From the sequence record NZ_CP029448.1: a DNA stretch of 64,000 nucleotides; one strand, written 5' to 3'. Made by a program: the position numbers and the translations under genes. Each line of letters begins with the position of its first letter. The first letter of the stretch is position 1. Shown here piece after piece: positions 19,662-29,900 of the stretch. This DNA is from a plasmid. Under the pieces are notes generated by a model. That model did not search any database, was not told the DNA's origin, and was given only the letters and a program-made list of their open reading frames with translations.

Positions 19662-21018
19662 GATGGCTGCGCTGGCAGGTGGCTTTCTGGTGGGGGTCTC
19701 TCTCCCGGCTTCTGCTGATGTCAATGGCGACATGAATAACTTCTTCAATAAGCTGGGGTTCGCGTCCAATACCAGCCAGCCGCAGGTCTGGCAGGGGCAG
19801 GCCGCGGGCTATGCCTCTGGCGGTTCGCTGTATGCCCGGACGCAGGTGAAAACCATTCAGCTGGTCAGTATGACCCTGCCGGATATTAATGCCGGCTGTG
19901 GCGGCATCGATGCCTACCTCGGGTCGTTTTCTTTTATCAACAGCGAGCAGCTGCAGCGCTTCGGCAAACAAATCATGTCCAATGCTGCGGGCTACTTCTT
20001 TGACCTCGCGCTGCAGACCACTGTACCGGAAATCAAAACCGCAAAAGACTTCCTGCAGAAGATGGCCAGCGATATCAACAGCATGAACCTCAGCAGCTGC
20101 CAGGCGGCACAGGGGATCGTCGGGGGACTGTTTCCTCGTACCCAGGTAGCCCAGCAGAAGGTCTGCCAGGACATCGCCGGTGAGAGCAATATCTTTGCCG
20201 ACTGGGCGGCTTCCCGTCAGGGGTGTTCGGTTGGCGGCCAGATGGACAAGGTGCAGGATAAGGCCAGCGACAAGGACAAAGAGCGGGTCATGAAAAACAT
20301 CAACATCATGTGGAATGCCCTGTCCAAAAACCGGCTCTTCGACGATAACAAAGAGCTGAAAGAGTTTGTGATGACCCTGACCGGCACCTTGATTTTTGGG
20401 GAAAACAGTGAAATTACGCCGCTGCCGGCACGGACCACGGATCAGGACCTGATTAAGGCGATGATGGAGGGGGGAACAGCAAAAATTTACCACTGCAATG
20501 ATTCCGATAAATGTCTCAAGGTGGTTGCGGATGCGACGGTCACTATAGCCGCAAACAAGGCGCTGAAGAACCAGATTTCCACGCTACTGAGCAGCATCCA
20601 GAACAAGGCTGTGGCGGATGAAAAACTAACGGAGCAGGAGAAGGGCTTTATCTCCAGCACCACCATCCCGGTCTTTAAATACCTGGTTGACCCGCAGATG
20701 CTCGGGGTCTCGAATACCCTGCTTTACCAGCTGACGGACTATATCGGCTACGACATCCTGCTGCAGTACATTCAGGAGCTGATCCAGCAGGCGAGGACGA
20801 TGGTGGCCACCGGGAACTACCCGCAGTCAACGATGGATATGATCCTCGAAAACCTGAATCAGGCGAGTGTCCAGATAGCCGCCTTCCAGTCCCGGGTCCA
20901 GGTCCAGCAGGACGCGTTGCTGGTCGTTGACCGGCAGATGAGCTACATGCGCCAGCAGGTGTCTGCCCGAATGATGACCCGTTACCAGAACAACTACCAT
21001 TTCGGAGGGAGCCTCTGA
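19648..21018 (+). CDS. traH: TraH
   Basis: 456 aa with a signal peptide, at the F traH position. Confidence 0.9.
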   Translation: MDKIKMAALAGGFLVGVSLPASADVNGDMNNFFNKLGFASNTSQPQVWQGQAAGYASGGSLYARTQVKTIQLVSMTLPDINAGCGGIDAYLGSFSFINSEQLQRFGKQIMSNAAGYFFDLALQTTVPEIKTAKDFLQKMASDINSMNLSSCQAAQGIVGGLFPRTQVAQQKVCQDIAGESNIFADWAASRQGCSVGGQMDKVQDKASDKDKERVMKNINIMWNALSKNRLFDDNKELKEFVMTLTGTLIFGENSEITPLPARTTDQDLIKAMMEGGTAKIYHCNDSDKCLKVVADATVTIAANKALKNQISTLLSSIQNKAVADEKLTEQEKGFISSTTIPVFKYLVDPQMLGVSNTLLYQLTDYIGYDILLQYIQELIQQARTMVATGNYPQSTMDMILENLNQASVQIAAFQSRVQVQQDALLVVDRQMSYMRQQVSARMMTRYQNNYHFGGSL

Positions 21019-23861
21019 TGCTGGAAATCTACACGATAGCCGGCGGCGACTGGTTCAGGGGCAACCTGAATGCCATTTCCGCCTTCATGAGTACCGGTAC
21101 CTGGTCCTCTATTGAGAAAATGTGCATTGCTTTTTCCGTGCTGATCGTCGCCGGCAGCTGGGTGAAAAAACACAACATCATGGATCTGGTCGGCTGGGTG
21201 TTTGCGCTGACGCTGGTCTCGATGCTGGTCGTCATCCGCAAACCGGTGCAGATTATCGACTACAGCAATGTGTCCCAGGTCTATCAGGTTGATAACGTGC
21301 CAATTGGGCTGGCCATTCCGGCGTCACTGACCACGCGTGTGGGCAATGCTCTGGTGCAGAGCTATGAGATGATTTTCGCCCTGCCGGACAGTGTGACGTA
21401 CAGCAAAACGGGGATGTTATTTGGCGGGAACCTGGTGGCGAAAAGTACGGACTTTATCTCGCAGAATCCAGAAATCACCACCCTGTTCTCAGACTACGTG
21501 CAGAACTGTGTGATGGGAGATATTTTTCTCAATCACAAGTATACGTTTGAGGAACTACTGAACTCGTCTGACCCCTACACGATTATTTTTTCTAACCCCA
21601 GCCCGCTTCGCGGCGTTTTTGACAAAAACAATCAGTTTAAAACCTGCCAGGAAGCCTCCCGTGATTTGAAATCAGCCCTGGCGCTGGATACCCAGACCGG
21701 CGGGAAGACCTGGAGCTACTATGTGCGCCAGCTTTTTGGGGGTAAACCTAACCCGGACCTGCTGTTCAGCCAGATGATCGGTGACAGCTACAACTTCTTC
21801 TACAGTTCGGGGCAGAATGCAGGGCAGATTATCCGCCAGAACGTGACGATGAATGCCCTGCGCAGCGGAATCCAGAGCTACGCAGCCCGCAGTGGCGATA
21901 CGGCCAGCCTGGTGAACATTGCCAATACCTCGTCGCTGGAAAAGCAACGTCTGGCCCAGGCGACAATGGGACATCAGGCGCTGCGTTCTCTGCCCATGAT
22001 GCAGACAGTGATACTGGGTATTATGTTTGGCCTGTTCCCGATCATGGTCATGGCGGCGATGTTCAACATGATGACCATGCAGGTGCTGAAGGGCTACGTC
22101 TTTGCCCTGATGTGGCTGCAGTCGTGGCCTCTGCTGTACGCTATCCTGAACAGCGCGATGGCTTACTATGCGAAGCAAAATGGGGTGCCGGTGGTCCTCT
22201 CTGAACTCTCTCAGCTGCAGCTGAAAAACTCGGATATTGCCACCACCGCGGGCTATATCTCGATGATGATCCCCCCGCTCAGCTGGGCGATGATTAAAAG
22301 TATGGGAGCAGGTTTCTCCAGCGCCTACAGCCACTTTGCTTCGTCCGGCCTCAGCTCCACGTCGCAGGCCTCCTCCAGCGTAGTGGACGGGAACTATTCG
22401 TTCTCAAATATGCAGACGGATAATGTCAGCGGGAACAGCTGGAATACCAACAGCACCACCGCGTTTGGGCAGATGACCCGACAGCTGGCGAATGGGGGGA
22501 TGGGTACCCAGACCCGGGATGGGTCTATGGTCTGGGATAGTAGTGGCGCCATGTCAAAACTCCCCGTGGATATCAATGTTGGTCGGCAGATAGCCAGCGC
22601 ACAGCAACAGATGGCCCGGGAATCAGATGTTCAGGCAGAAAGCTCTCTGCACGGTTATAACAGCAGTGTGACGAGTGCCTGGAACAGCCTGAAGCAGTTT
22701 GGCACAAATATGGGGACCAGTGCGTCCATGACGTCAGGCGCTGATAATACTGAGTCGTCGCAGGATTCGATGGCCAGAAGTAAAATGTGGAGTGCTGTTG
22801 TTTCTAATGCAAAAGCCAACAACATCAGCAATGAAGAGTCTTTCCAGCAGTTGATGGATAAGTCAACGAAAGGGTCTGTATCTGGTGAGATGTACGGTAA
22901 TGCTAAGTGGGGGTCTGGTGACCAGCTGGCTGGGAAACTGGGTAAATGGGCTACGGGTCTCTCTGCTGAGGGGGGGGCTAAAATTAGTGCTGGCTTGAAT
23001 GCATCAAGTGGCTCTACTGACTCGACAAATGAATCAGGAAGATCATCCTATGACAGTCGACATGATACCAGTGGTCAGGCAGCCAAAGACTTTAAAGAAG
23101 CATCTGATTACTTTACCAGCCGTAAAACAACCACATCGGGTAATATAACGGACAATAATGCCAGCTCGCGTGTTGATCAGTTTGCTGCATCACTCTCTAT
23201 TGCTAAAAACAGCTATGACCAGTATACGAACAGCCGGACACGTAGCCACGAATACAGTGAAATGGCTTCACGTACAGAGAGCATGAGCGGACAGATGAGC
23301 GAAAATCTGACCCAACAGTTTGCAAACTTTGTTCAGCAACAGGCACCACAGGATGCTGAAGCCATTCTGACCAACACCAGTTCTCCGGAAGTTGCAGCGC
23401 AACGTGAAGCTCTGGCGCGTGAATTCGTCAAAGCTCAAGTTGAACCTAAGATTGATGGTGCGTATCAACAAGGTCGTGAAGCCATTGGCCAAAATATGCC
23501 TGGTGTGTCAGGCGGTGGTGACAGTGGGTCGGTAACGGCCGACTACGGGCATAATGCCGGTAATATAGAAGCCATGACACGAGATGCAGGTATTAAGGAT
23601 AATGTGGGGCCGAAAGTGGATGGAATGATAGTGCAGAATAACCAACAGCATCAGGAATCCCGTGAAACCATACAACAGCAAGGCGTTGGAGTGAAAAAAG
23701 AGAATGCTGAACTGGAAAATGACCACAAAACAAAAGGAAATGATTTCAAAAGTACTTATAATGAAAGGAAAGAAAGTCAGACTAAATTGCCTGGCGCAGA
23801 TACGACAAAAGAGCTATTGGATAAGGCAGCTAAGTTAGAAAAAGATAAAACAAAAAAATAG
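21018..23861 (+). CDS. traG: TraG (VirB6-like N-terminal domain plus mating-pair stabilisation/exclusion C-terminal domain)
   Basis: 947 aa; polytopic N-terminal half and Ser/Thr-rich low-complexity C-terminal half. Confidence 0.9.
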   Translation: MLEIYTIAGGDWFRGNLNAISAFMSTGTWSSIEKMCIAFSVLIVAGSWVKKHNIMDLVGWVFALTLVSMLVVIRKPVQIIDYSNVSQVYQVDNVPIGLAIPASLTTRVGNALVQSYEMIFALPDSVTYSKTGMLFGGNLVAKSTDFISQNPEITTLFSDYVQNCVMGDIFLNHKYTFEELLNSSDPYTIIFSNPSPLRGVFDKNNQFKTCQEASRDLKSALALDTQTGGKTWSYYVRQLFGGKPNPDLLFSQMIGDSYNFFYSSGQNAGQIIRQNVTMNALRSGIQSYAARSGDTASLVNIANTSSLEKQRLAQATMGHQALRSLPMMQTVILGIMFGLFPIMVMAAMFNMMTMQVLKGYVFALMWLQSWPLLYAILNSAMAYYAKQNGVPVVLSELSQLQLKNSDIATTAGYISMMIPPLSWAMIKSMGAGFSSAYSHFASSGLSSTSQASSSVVDGNYSFSNMQTDNVSGNSWNTNSTTAFGQMTRQLANGGMGTQTRDGSMVWDSSGAMSKLPVDINVGRQIASAQQQMARESDVQAESSLHGYNSSVTSAWNSLKQFGTNMGTSASMTSGADNTESSQDSMARSKMWSAVVSNAKANNISNEESFQQLMDKSTKGSVSGEMYGNAKWGSGDQLAGKLGKWATGLSAEGGAKISAGLNASSGSTDSTNESGRSSYDSRHDTSGQAAKDFKEASDYFTSRKTTTSGNITDNNASSRVDQFAASLSIAKNSYDQYTNSRTRSHEYSEMASRTESMSGQMSENLTQQFANFVQQQAPQDAEAILTNTSSPEVAAQREALAREFVKAQVEPKIDGAYQQGREAIGQNMPGVSGGGDSGSVTADYGHNAGNIEAMTRDAGIKDNVGPKVDGMIVQNNQQHQESRETIQQQGVGVKKENAELENDHKTKGNDFKSTYNERKESQTKLPGADTTKELLDKAAKLEKDKTKK

Positions 23862-23871
23862 GGAGTATAGG

Positions 23872-24399
23872 ATGTTAACCCATAAAATAATACAAAGTGA
23901 AATCGAGGAGTTAAAACAGATCCTGGTTCATAATGATTTAGAGATCCCATCATTCTGGCGCTGTATCTGGCCTGGCCTAGTATGCATGGTGTGGTTTTTA
24001 CTATCATCCTATCTCTCGTACTGGTTGAGTGATTATGCTTCTGGTCTCGAGAGACTAGCTGCCATGGTTTTTTCTGGTGCAATAGGTGTTTTTTCTATCA
24101 TTGCAACCGCGAATACCAGAGCACTCTTCCTTTCTTTACCTCAATCCTTCAGGGAGAAATCGTTGTTTTTTGGCTTTTTAGCTAAGAAATGCAGAATTTA
24201 TGGAGTGGTTGTTTTTGTTATCTTCTCATGTTTAGCATTTTTCTCCGCATATAACGCTATTAATGCGGTTGTCTTTATTGTTATTACAGGATTTAGCCTT
24301 TTACTAACAATTATGGTAATGAATATTGATCTTGGTCGCTATCAGTTAGCAACACTTACGTCCGTTATCGAATCGGTAAAAAGCAAAGAAGTTAAGTAA
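23872..24399 (+). CDS. traS: TraS-like entry-exclusion inner-membrane protein
   Basis: 175 aa, AT-rich, polytopic, immediately after traG. Confidence 0.7.
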   Translation: MLTHKIIQSEIEELKQILVHNDLEIPSFWRCIWPGLVCMVWFLLSSYLSYWLSDYASGLERLAAMVFSGAIGVFSIIATANTRALFLSLPQSFREKSLFFGFLAKKCRIYGVVVFVIFSCLAFFSAYNAINAVVFIVITGFSLLLTIMVMNIDLGRYQLATLTSVIESVKSKEVK

Positions 24400-24507
24400 T
24401 AATAATGGGTTAACTTCCGCTATTAACTGGCCGTTTTTTTAAATTCGGCTTGTTAATCTTCATGTTCTGCAATCAGTTATTTTTCAATATTTCTTGTTCT
24501 GTTCATA

Positions 24508-24552
24508 AACGACTCACAGGTACGCAAATTTTTTGTGTGCCTGTGAGTCGTT
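24508..24552. repeat. perfect 13-bp inverted repeat (aacgactcacagg / cctgtgagtcgtt) with a 19-nt loop, in the traS-traD gap where traT would be
   Basis: Read directly from the sequence. Confidence 0.7.
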
Positions 24553-24605
24553 GCCGGCTTGCCCGGTTATCTTTATCCATGATGGTTAATTGACGGATTA
24601 ATGCC

Positions 24606-26900
24606 ATGAGTTTTAATGCCAAAGATATGACGCAGGGCGGTCAGATTGCGAATATGCGTTTTCGCATGTTTGGTCAGATTGCCAATATTATATTTTATGT
24701 GCTGTTTATTTTATTCTGGGTGTTATGTGGGCTGATGCTGATGTACCGTCTCAGCTGGCAGACCTTTGTGAACGGCTGCGTTTACTGGTGGTGTACGACA
24801 CTGGCGCCGATGCGCGATATTATTCGCTCTCAGCCGGTCTATACGATTAGCTATTACGGAAAGTCTCTGGAATATAATGCGGAACAAATTCTTGCCGATA
24901 AATATACTATCTGGTGCGGTGAGCAGCTGTGGACGGCATTTGTTTTTGCCGCCATTGTGTCGCTGACAATCTGCGTGGTGACGTTCTTTGTCGCCAGCTG
25001 GGTGCTGGGCCGCCAGGGGAAACTGCAGAGTGAGGATGAAAATACCGGGGGGCGCCAGCTTTCCGATAAGCCCAAAGATGTGGCCCGCCAGATGAAACGC
25101 GATGGAGCGGCCTCCGATATTAAAATTGGCGACCTGCCTATTCTTAAGAATTCTGAAATCCAGAATTTCTGCCTCCACGGAACCGTGGGCTCCGGTAAAT
25201 CCGAAGTCATCCGCCGGCTGCTGAACTACGTCCGCGCCCGGGGCGATATGGCCATCATCTACGACAGGTCCTGTGAGTTTGTCAAAAGCTATTACGACCC
25301 GTCACTGGATAAAATCCTCAACCCGCTGGATTCGCGCTGTGCGGCCTGGGATTTGTGGAAAGAGTGCCTGACGCTGCCGGATTTCGACAACATCTCCAAC
25401 ACCCTTATCCCGATGGGCACGAAGGAAGATCCGTTCTGGCAGGGTTCCGGTCGCACCATCTTTGCCGAAGGTGCCTACCTGATGCGCGGGGACAAGGACC
25501 GCAGTTACGAAAAGCTGGTTGATACCATGCTGTCCATCAAAATCGATAAGCTGCGTGCGTACCTGCAGAACACCCCGGCCGCCAACCTGGTCGAGGAGAA
25601 AATTGAGAAGACAGCCATCTCCATACGTGCCGTGCTGACCAACTATGTCAAGGCCATCCGCTACCTGCAGGGGATTGAAAAGAATGGCGAGCCGTTCACG
25701 ATCCGCGACTGGATGCGCGGCGTACGTGAAGACCAGCCTAATGGCTGGCTGTTTATCTCCTCGAATGCCGATACGCACGCCTCCCTGAAGCCGGTTATCT
25801 CGATGTGGCTGTCGATTGCCATCCGCGGTCTGCTGGCGATGGGGGAGAACCGTAACCGGCGTGTATGGATTTTCGCTGACGAACTGCCCACGCTGCACAA
25901 GCTGCCAGACCTGGTTGAAATTCTGCCGGAAGCCCGTAAGTTTGGTGGCTGTTATGTGTTCGGTATCCAGTCTTACGCCCAGCTGGAAGATATTTACGGC
26001 GTGAAGCCTGCCGCCACGCTGTTTGACGTGATGAACACAAGAGCCTTCTTCCGTTCCCCGAGTAAGGAGATTGCCGAGTTCGCCGCCGGCGAAATCGGTG
26101 AGAAAGAAATCCTCAAGGCCAGCGAGCAGTATTCCTACGGGGCTGACCCGGTGCGTGATGGTGTGTCGACCGGGAAGGAAAAAGAGCGGGAAACCCTTGT
26201 CAGCTACTCCGACATCCAGACGCTGCCTGACCTGTCCTGCTATGTCACCCTGCCGGGGCCGTATCCGGCCGTGAAGCTGGCCCTGAAATACAATCCCCGA
26301 CCGAAAATCGCCGAGGGCTTTATTCAGCGCCGTCTCGATACTCGCATCGATGAAAGACTCAGTGCTCAGCTGGAAGCCCGGGAAGCCGAGGGGAGTCTGG
26401 TTCGGGCATTGTTCACGCCGGATGAGCCTGTGTCTGAGCCAGCCGAAGAGAAAGCCGGTGTTCAGCCTGAGCAGACTAAACCTGCTAAAGACAGCGTACT
26501 GCCTGTGCCGGTAAAAACCTCGTCGATGGCAGCAGAGGGTGCCGGTAAGACGCCAGCCGTCCCGTTATCTGGTGCTCCCGTCACGAGAGTGAAAACCGTT
26601 CCATTAATCCGGCCTAAACCTGCTGCTTCGGTGACCGGCACTGCTGCAGCGGCATCCACTGCCGCGGTGAGTGCGACTGCGGGCGGGACGGAGCAGGAAC
26701 TGGCGCAGCAGCCTGTCGAGGCGGACCAGGATATGTTGCCGGCCGGAATGAACGAGGATGGCGTAATTGAAGACATGCAGGCTTATGACGCCTGGCTGGA
26801 AGGTGAACAGATACAGCGGGATATGCAGCGACGCGAAGAGGTCAATATCAACCACAGCCGCAGTGAGCAGGATGATATCGAAATCGGAGGAAACTTCTGA
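24606..26900 (+). CDS. traD: TraD type IV coupling protein
   Basis: 764 aa. [15 protein letters not shown].. and Walker A GTVGSGKS are colinear with F TraD. The C-terminal Ala/Thr-rich tail replaces F's QQP repeats. Confidence 0.95.
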   Translation: MSFNAKDMTQGGQIANMRFRMFGQIANIIFYVLFILFWVLCGLMLMYRLSWQTFVNGCVYWWCTTLAPMRDIIRSQPVYTISYYGKSLEYNAEQILADKYTIWCGEQLWTAFVFAAIVSLTICVVTFFVASWVLGRQGKLQSEDENTGGRQLSDKPKDVARQMKRDGAASDIKIGDLPILKNSEIQNFCLHGTVGSGKSEVIRRLLNYVRARGDMAIIYDRSCEFVKSYYDPSLDKILNPLDSRCAAWDLWKECLTLPDFDNISNTLIPMGTKEDPFWQGSGRTIFAEGAYLMRGDKDRSYEKLVDTMLSIKIDKLRAYLQNTPAANLVEEKIEKTAISIRAVLTNYVKAIRYLQGIEKNGEPFTIRDWMRGVREDQPNGWLFISSNADTHASLKPVISMWLSIAIRGLLAMGENRNRRVWIFADELPTLHKLPDLVEILPEARKFGGCYVFGIQSYAQLEDIYGVKPAATLFDVMNTRAFFRSPSKEIAEFAAGEIGEKEILKASEQYSYGADPVRDGVSTGKEKERETLVSYSDIQTLPDLSCYVTLPGPYPAVKLALKYNPRPKIAEGFIQRRLDTRIDERLSAQLEAREAEGSLVRALFTPDEPVSEPAEEKAGVQPEQTKPAKDSVLPVPVKTSSMAAEGAGKTPAVPLSGAPVTRVKTVPLIRPKPAASVTGTAAAASTAAVSATAGGTEQELAQQPVEADQDMLPAGMNEDGVIEDMQAYDAWLEGEQIQRDMQRREEVNINHSRSEQDDIEIGGNF

Positions 26901-29900
26901 TGATGTCGATTGGTTCGGTAAAGTCGGCGGGGAGCGCCAGCAATTACTATACAGACAAGGATAACTATTACGTTATCGGATCTATGGATGAACGCTGGCA
27001 GGGAAAGGGCGCGGAGGCGCTGGGCCTTGACGGGAAGGTGGACAAGCAGGTGTTCACTGACCTGCTGAAAGGAAAGCTGCCGGACGGCAGTGACCTGACC
27101 CGGATGCAGGATGGCGTGAACAAACACCGGCCAGGTTATGACCTGACCTTTTCCGCCCCTAAGAGCGTGTCTGTCATGGCCATGATCGGTGGGGATAAGC
27201 GGCTGATTGATGCCCATAATCAGGCCGTCACAGAAGCCGTAAAACAGGTGGAAACGCTGGCGGCGACCCGGGTCATGACGGACGGAAAAAGCGAAACCGT
27301 GCTGACCGGCAATCTCATTGTGGCGAAATTTAATCACGACACAAACCGCAATCAGGAGCCCCAGTTGCACACCCATGCCGTGGTCATCAATGCGACGCAG
27401 AACGGCGGCAAGTGGCAGTCTCTTGGCACCGATACGGTGGGTAAAACGGGCTTTATCGAGAATGTGTACGCAAATCAGATAGCCTTCGGAAAACTCTACC
27501 GGGAGGTGCTCAAACCTCTCGTTGAGAAACTCGGCTATGAGACGGAAGTGACAGGCAAACACGGCATGTGGGAGATGAAAGATGTGCCGGTTGAGCCGTT
27601 TTCCACCCGCAGTCAGGAGGTCAGGGAGGCTGCAGGCCCTGATGCCTCCCTGAAGTCCCGCGATGTGGCCACACTGGATACCCGTAAATCGAAAGAAACC
27701 CTCGATCCGGCAGAAAAAATGGTGGAGTGGGTGAACACCCTCAAAGAGAGCGGTTTCGATATTCACAGCTATCGCGAGGATGCCGATAAGCGCGCTGCAG
27801 AAATCAACCGTGCGCCCGTCAGTCCGGCGAAAACCGACGGCCCGGATATCAGCGACGTGGTCACGAAAGCCATTGCCGGTCTCAGCGACCGCAAAGTGCA
27901 GTTTACCTATGCCGACATGTTGGCCCGCACGGTTAGCCAGCTGGAGGCGAAGCCGGGGGTATTTGAACTGGCCAGAACGGGCATTGATGCGGCTATTGAG
28001 CGCGAACAGCTTATCCCGCTCGATCGCGAGAAAGGTCTGTTCACCTCAAACATCCACGTCCTTGACGAATTGTCCGTTAAAGCGCTGAGCCAGGAGGTTC
28101 AGCGCCAGAATCATGTCTCCGTCACGCCAGATGCCTCTGTTGTGCGTCATGCACCTTTCAGCGATGCGGTCAGCGTGCTGGCGCAGGACCGGCCGGCGAT
28201 GGGGATTGTTTACGGACAGGGAGGGGCCACGGGGCAGCGGGAGCGGGTGGCTGAGCTGACGCTGATGGCCCGGGAGCAGGGGCGCGATGTGCATATCCTT
28301 GCTGCAGATAACCGGTCTCGTGATTTTCTCGCCGGGGATGCCCGTCTGGTGGGGGAGACGGTCACCGGCAAGTCTGCCCTGCAGGACGGAACCGCGTTTA
28401 TCCCTGGCGGGACGCTCATTGTGGATCAGGCAGAGAAGCTGAGTCTGAAAGAGACCCTTTCCCTGCTCGATGGCGCCATGCGCCATAACGTGCAGGTTCT
28501 GCTCTCCGACAGCGGCAAGCGTAGCGGAACCGGAAGCGCGCTGACAGTGCTGAAAGAGAGCGGGGTGAATACGTATCGCTGGCAGGGTGGAAATCAGACG
28601 ACGGCAGACATCATCAGTGAACCAGACAAGGGCGCCCGCTACAGCCGTCTGGCGCAGGAGTTTGCTGTCAGTGTGCGTGAGGGGCAGGAAAGCGTGGCAC
28701 AAATCAGCGGGGTGCGAGAACAGGGCGTACTCAATGGCATTATCCGTGAAGTCCTGAAAAATGAAGGTACGCTGGGGGCGAAGGAGATGACAGTCACTAC
28801 CCTGACGCCGGTGTGGCTGGACAGCAAAAGCCGGGGCGTGCGCGACTATTACCGCGAAGGGATGGTGATGGAGCGGTGGGACCCGGAGACACGGAAGCAT
28901 GACCGGTTTTTGATAGACCGGGTGACTGCGAGCAGCAATATGCTGACCCTCAGGGACAAAGAGGGGGAACGTCTGGACCTGAAAGTTTCGGCTGTCGACA
29001 GCCAGTGGTCGTTGTTCCGGGCCGATAAGCTACCGGTAGCGAGCGGAGAACGTCTGTCGGTGCTGGGGAAAATTCCTGAGACGCGGCTGAAAGGCGGCGA
29101 GAGCATCACGGTGCTGAACGCGGAGGCCGGGCAGCTGACGGTGCAGCGTCCCGGGCAGAAAACCACCCAGACCCTGGCGGTGGGCGCCGGGCCGTTCGAC
29201 GGGATTAAAGTCGGGCACGGATGGGTGGAAAGTCCCGGCCGTTCGGTCAGCGAAACAGCGACCGTTTTTGCCTCCCTGACGCAACGCGAGCTGGATAATG
29301 CCACGCTGAATCAGCTGGCGCAGAGCGGAAGCCATATCCGGCTGTACTCTGCACAGGATGCGGCCCGCACAACAGAGAAGCTGGCCAGGCATACCGCCTT
29401 CAGCGTGGTGTCTGAGCAGCTGAAGGCCCGTTCAGGCGAGACAGACCTGGATGCGGCCATCGCATTACAGAAAGCCGGGCTGCACACCCCGGCAGAGCAG
29501 GTCATTCACCTTTCCATTCCTTTGCTGGAAAGTGAGGAGCTGACTTTCACGCGCCCGCAACTGTTGGCCACCGCGCTGGAAACCGGCGGAGGTAAGGTTC
29601 CGATGACGGAGATAGACGCGACCATTCAGGCGCAGATTAAGGCTGGCAGTCTGCTGAATGTGCCTGTGGCCCCAGGCCACGGTAATGACCTGCTGATTTC
29701 CCGCCAGACCTGGGATGCAGAGAAAAGCATTCTGACAAAGGTGCTGGAAGGAAAAGAGGCCGTTGCACCCCTGATGGACAGTGTACCGGGAAGCCTGATG
29801 ACGGACCTGACGTCAGGGCAGCGTGCTTCCACCCGGATGATACTGGAGACTACGGATCGGTTCACGGTGGTTCAGGGCTATGCCGGGGTGGGGAAAACCA

